Origin: Rhodospirillales bacterium
GTDB lineage: Bacteria > Pseudomonadota > Alphaproteobacteria > Bin95
Length of the DNA stretch: 33,572 bases
Assembly (NCBI GenBank): GCA_038143065.1
Contig: JAYQLI010000017.1
Location: 1 to 33,572, forward strand
Reading direction: 5' to 3'
In this document: piece by piece, positions 31,913 to 33,572 of the stretch
Layout of the letters: every line of letters begins with the position of its first letter
Numbering within the stretch: position 1 is the first letter of the stretch
Made by a program: the position numbers and the translations under genes
The notes under the pieces: model-generated
The model's input: only the letters and a program-made list of their open reading frames with translations
What the model was told of the DNA's origin: nothing
Database searches by the model: none

Positions 31913-32330
31913 ACTCCATCTTCATAACATTGCGAAACGCAGCCATAAGCCTGTTCTTGGTTGAAGCAGCAAGACTTGGACGACGTTTGGTTAGGTCAGC
32001 TGATATACTCTTGAAAGTGTGGGTACATCAAAGCCTTACATCCCGTTCACCAAAGAACCAGTAACAGCCCCCAATCCTCGTTCTGAACGGCCGAATGCAA
32101 GGCTTGGATGTACCCCTGGCTGCGCTCACCATTTTGATGCTGCAATCTGGATCTATGCAAAAGCTTCAAAGCAAAGTGTCCAAATGTATATTCACGCTCG
32201 ACGGGCTTTTCGGATTTGAGCAATGAGAGTTCTTTTGCTACCTCCCTCGCCCGTATTACCGTATCTTCACGCAGCTGACTTGACCAGATACTCTTTTGGT
32301 CTTCTTGTCCCACACACGAACGTACCATTT
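31910..32330 (-). pseudogene. Fragment of tyrosine integrase N-terminal/core-binding region
   Basis: EYTFGHFA...YI...WGLL..FGERDV...LAASTKNRLMAAFRNVMK across frames; no catalytic domain; next to att repeat. Confidence 0.45.
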
Positions 32331-32481
32331 GCTCGATCGCTCGACACGGTAAGTGATAAGCCTCAGTAAAGCTTGATAGCTGCTGGTGCTTTAGACATAA
32401 TCGAGATCCAACACCAAATTCTATAAACCCCAGTTGTAAAACCATCTACTAACCCATTGAAACTGTTAAATACCAAGATAC

Positions 32482-32526
32482 CTGTTAATCAATTGGTCGT
32501 AGGTTCGATCCTACTCGCCGGAGCCA
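32482..32526 (+). repeat. Duplicated 3' 45 nt of tRNA-Asn (att site)
   Basis: ctgttaatcaattggtcgtaggttcgatcctactcgccggagcca vs 30713..30757, differing by two compensating 1-nt indels. Confidence 0.92.
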
Positions 32527-33572
32527 AAATAAAACAAAATCAATAACTTACATCACCCCCACAAGCACTCGGGTGTGTAACTAAAAGTTATAAACACTTA
32601 TAAACATTTTCTGGCATGCAATAAGCGGAGTCAAAGGCATTTCTATAGCCAAGAAAATTGCAATATTAATCCCGCCGTTTTTATTAAATGTATTCACGCA
32701 TTTTCGTTTGAAGATAGTCCTTCTGCCAATCTCCCAGAACTCACTAAGTTAAAGTACCGCCTCCCAGTGATTTCTTGCACCTCGGATAATAGTTCCTGCC
32801 AGATCTTTTAAATGAGAAAGCGTGTTAAAAGTACTGAGATGATAAACAAGGGACGGTAGAAGACTACTCAATGTAGCTATTTCGCGAAACTCATTCAAAA
32901 ATTGGTGAGCCGCCTGTTTCAATACAAAAAGTGGTTACCAGATAAGGGGTAGGCATGGGCCACACCCCGGTATTCGTTAGATACTCGGGCTTTGAAAGTG
33001 AGATGAGTTGTGGGTGGGTTAACCAGTTTGTAAAAGATTGACGCAAGTTAAAGATCATCTCGCTTTGAAGACGGTCTGGCCCTCTTATCGGCATCAAATA
33101 AGTTCTGCCGCCTGACATATTACACGCAATTTATTCTCAGCTAGTTTTGGTGAAAGGAGGCCTAACCCACAATCAGGAGCAACCACTAGCCGATCTCAGT
33201 CGATATCGACTACCTGCGATGGACGCCCATACTGTCAGTAATGAGAAACTACTAAGCCACAATGGTCAATCGCGAGAGGCATTCACGGATCACATGAGTC
33301 CTGACGGTTCATGGGCAGGTCATGCCTACGCTTGAGTTGTAATGTCGGCAGACAGTGTTGCCACATATAAATGTAATGATGTTGGAAAATAACAGAAACC
33401 GGCGGCGTATCTTTTAGAGGCGGAACCATATTTGAAACGAGATTTAAAGCGTTATCTGAACTGAATTGTAAGTATTTCATCTTTACTTATGAAGCTGATG
33501 CAGGGGACAAAGCAGTGTAGGAACTTGATCCCTGCATCTAAAATTATTGATTTAGAGCTTTGGCACTGATTA

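Larger units (their letters stand above)
30758..32526. mobile_element. Decayed ~1.8 kb islet integrated at tRNA-Asn 3' half
   Basis: Bounded by tRNA and a duplicated tRNA 3' segment; AT-rich; contains methyltransferase and integrase fragment. Confidence 0.7.

Noticed and set aside
32482-32526. Second functional tRNA-Asn
   Set aside because: Lacks 5' acceptor strand and D arm; it is an att duplication
32620-33572. Short ORFs at window end
   Set aside because: No recognisable motifs or convincing RBS; likely decayed island sequence

Overview
Window from a bacterium that looks alphaproteobacterial (Rhodobacteraceae-like, inferred from gene content). Many single-base frameshifts suggest an unpolished long-read assembly. 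Roughly 38..30609 appears to be one ~30.6 kb integrative element lying immediately 5' of a tRNA-Asn(GTT) gene (30683..30757) and bounded by matching CAGCCAGACA tandem repeats. Its right ~5 kb is a satellite/PICI-like mobility module: tyrosine integrase, excisionase-like protein, AEP primase, VapE helicase and a TGCGCA-iteron origin candidate. Its ~25 kb cargo is two catabolic modules for unknown sugar/polyol-like substrates. These hold two sugar ABC transporters, GMC, two Gfo/Idh/MocA, ThuA, SDR and 3-HIBADH-family oxidoreductases, an atypical M24 enzyme, a TPP-dependent E1a/E1b with a split E2, and an ALDH. Each module has its own paralog of a winged-helix + family-1 solute-binding-protein fusion with no signal peptide, probably a cytoplasmic one-component regulator. 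A TCCAAAnnGGA-like motif recurs in the cargo's promoter regions. Downstream of the tRNA lie remnants of tandem islets: an FkbM methyltransferase, an integrase fragment and a duplicated tRNA 3' end.
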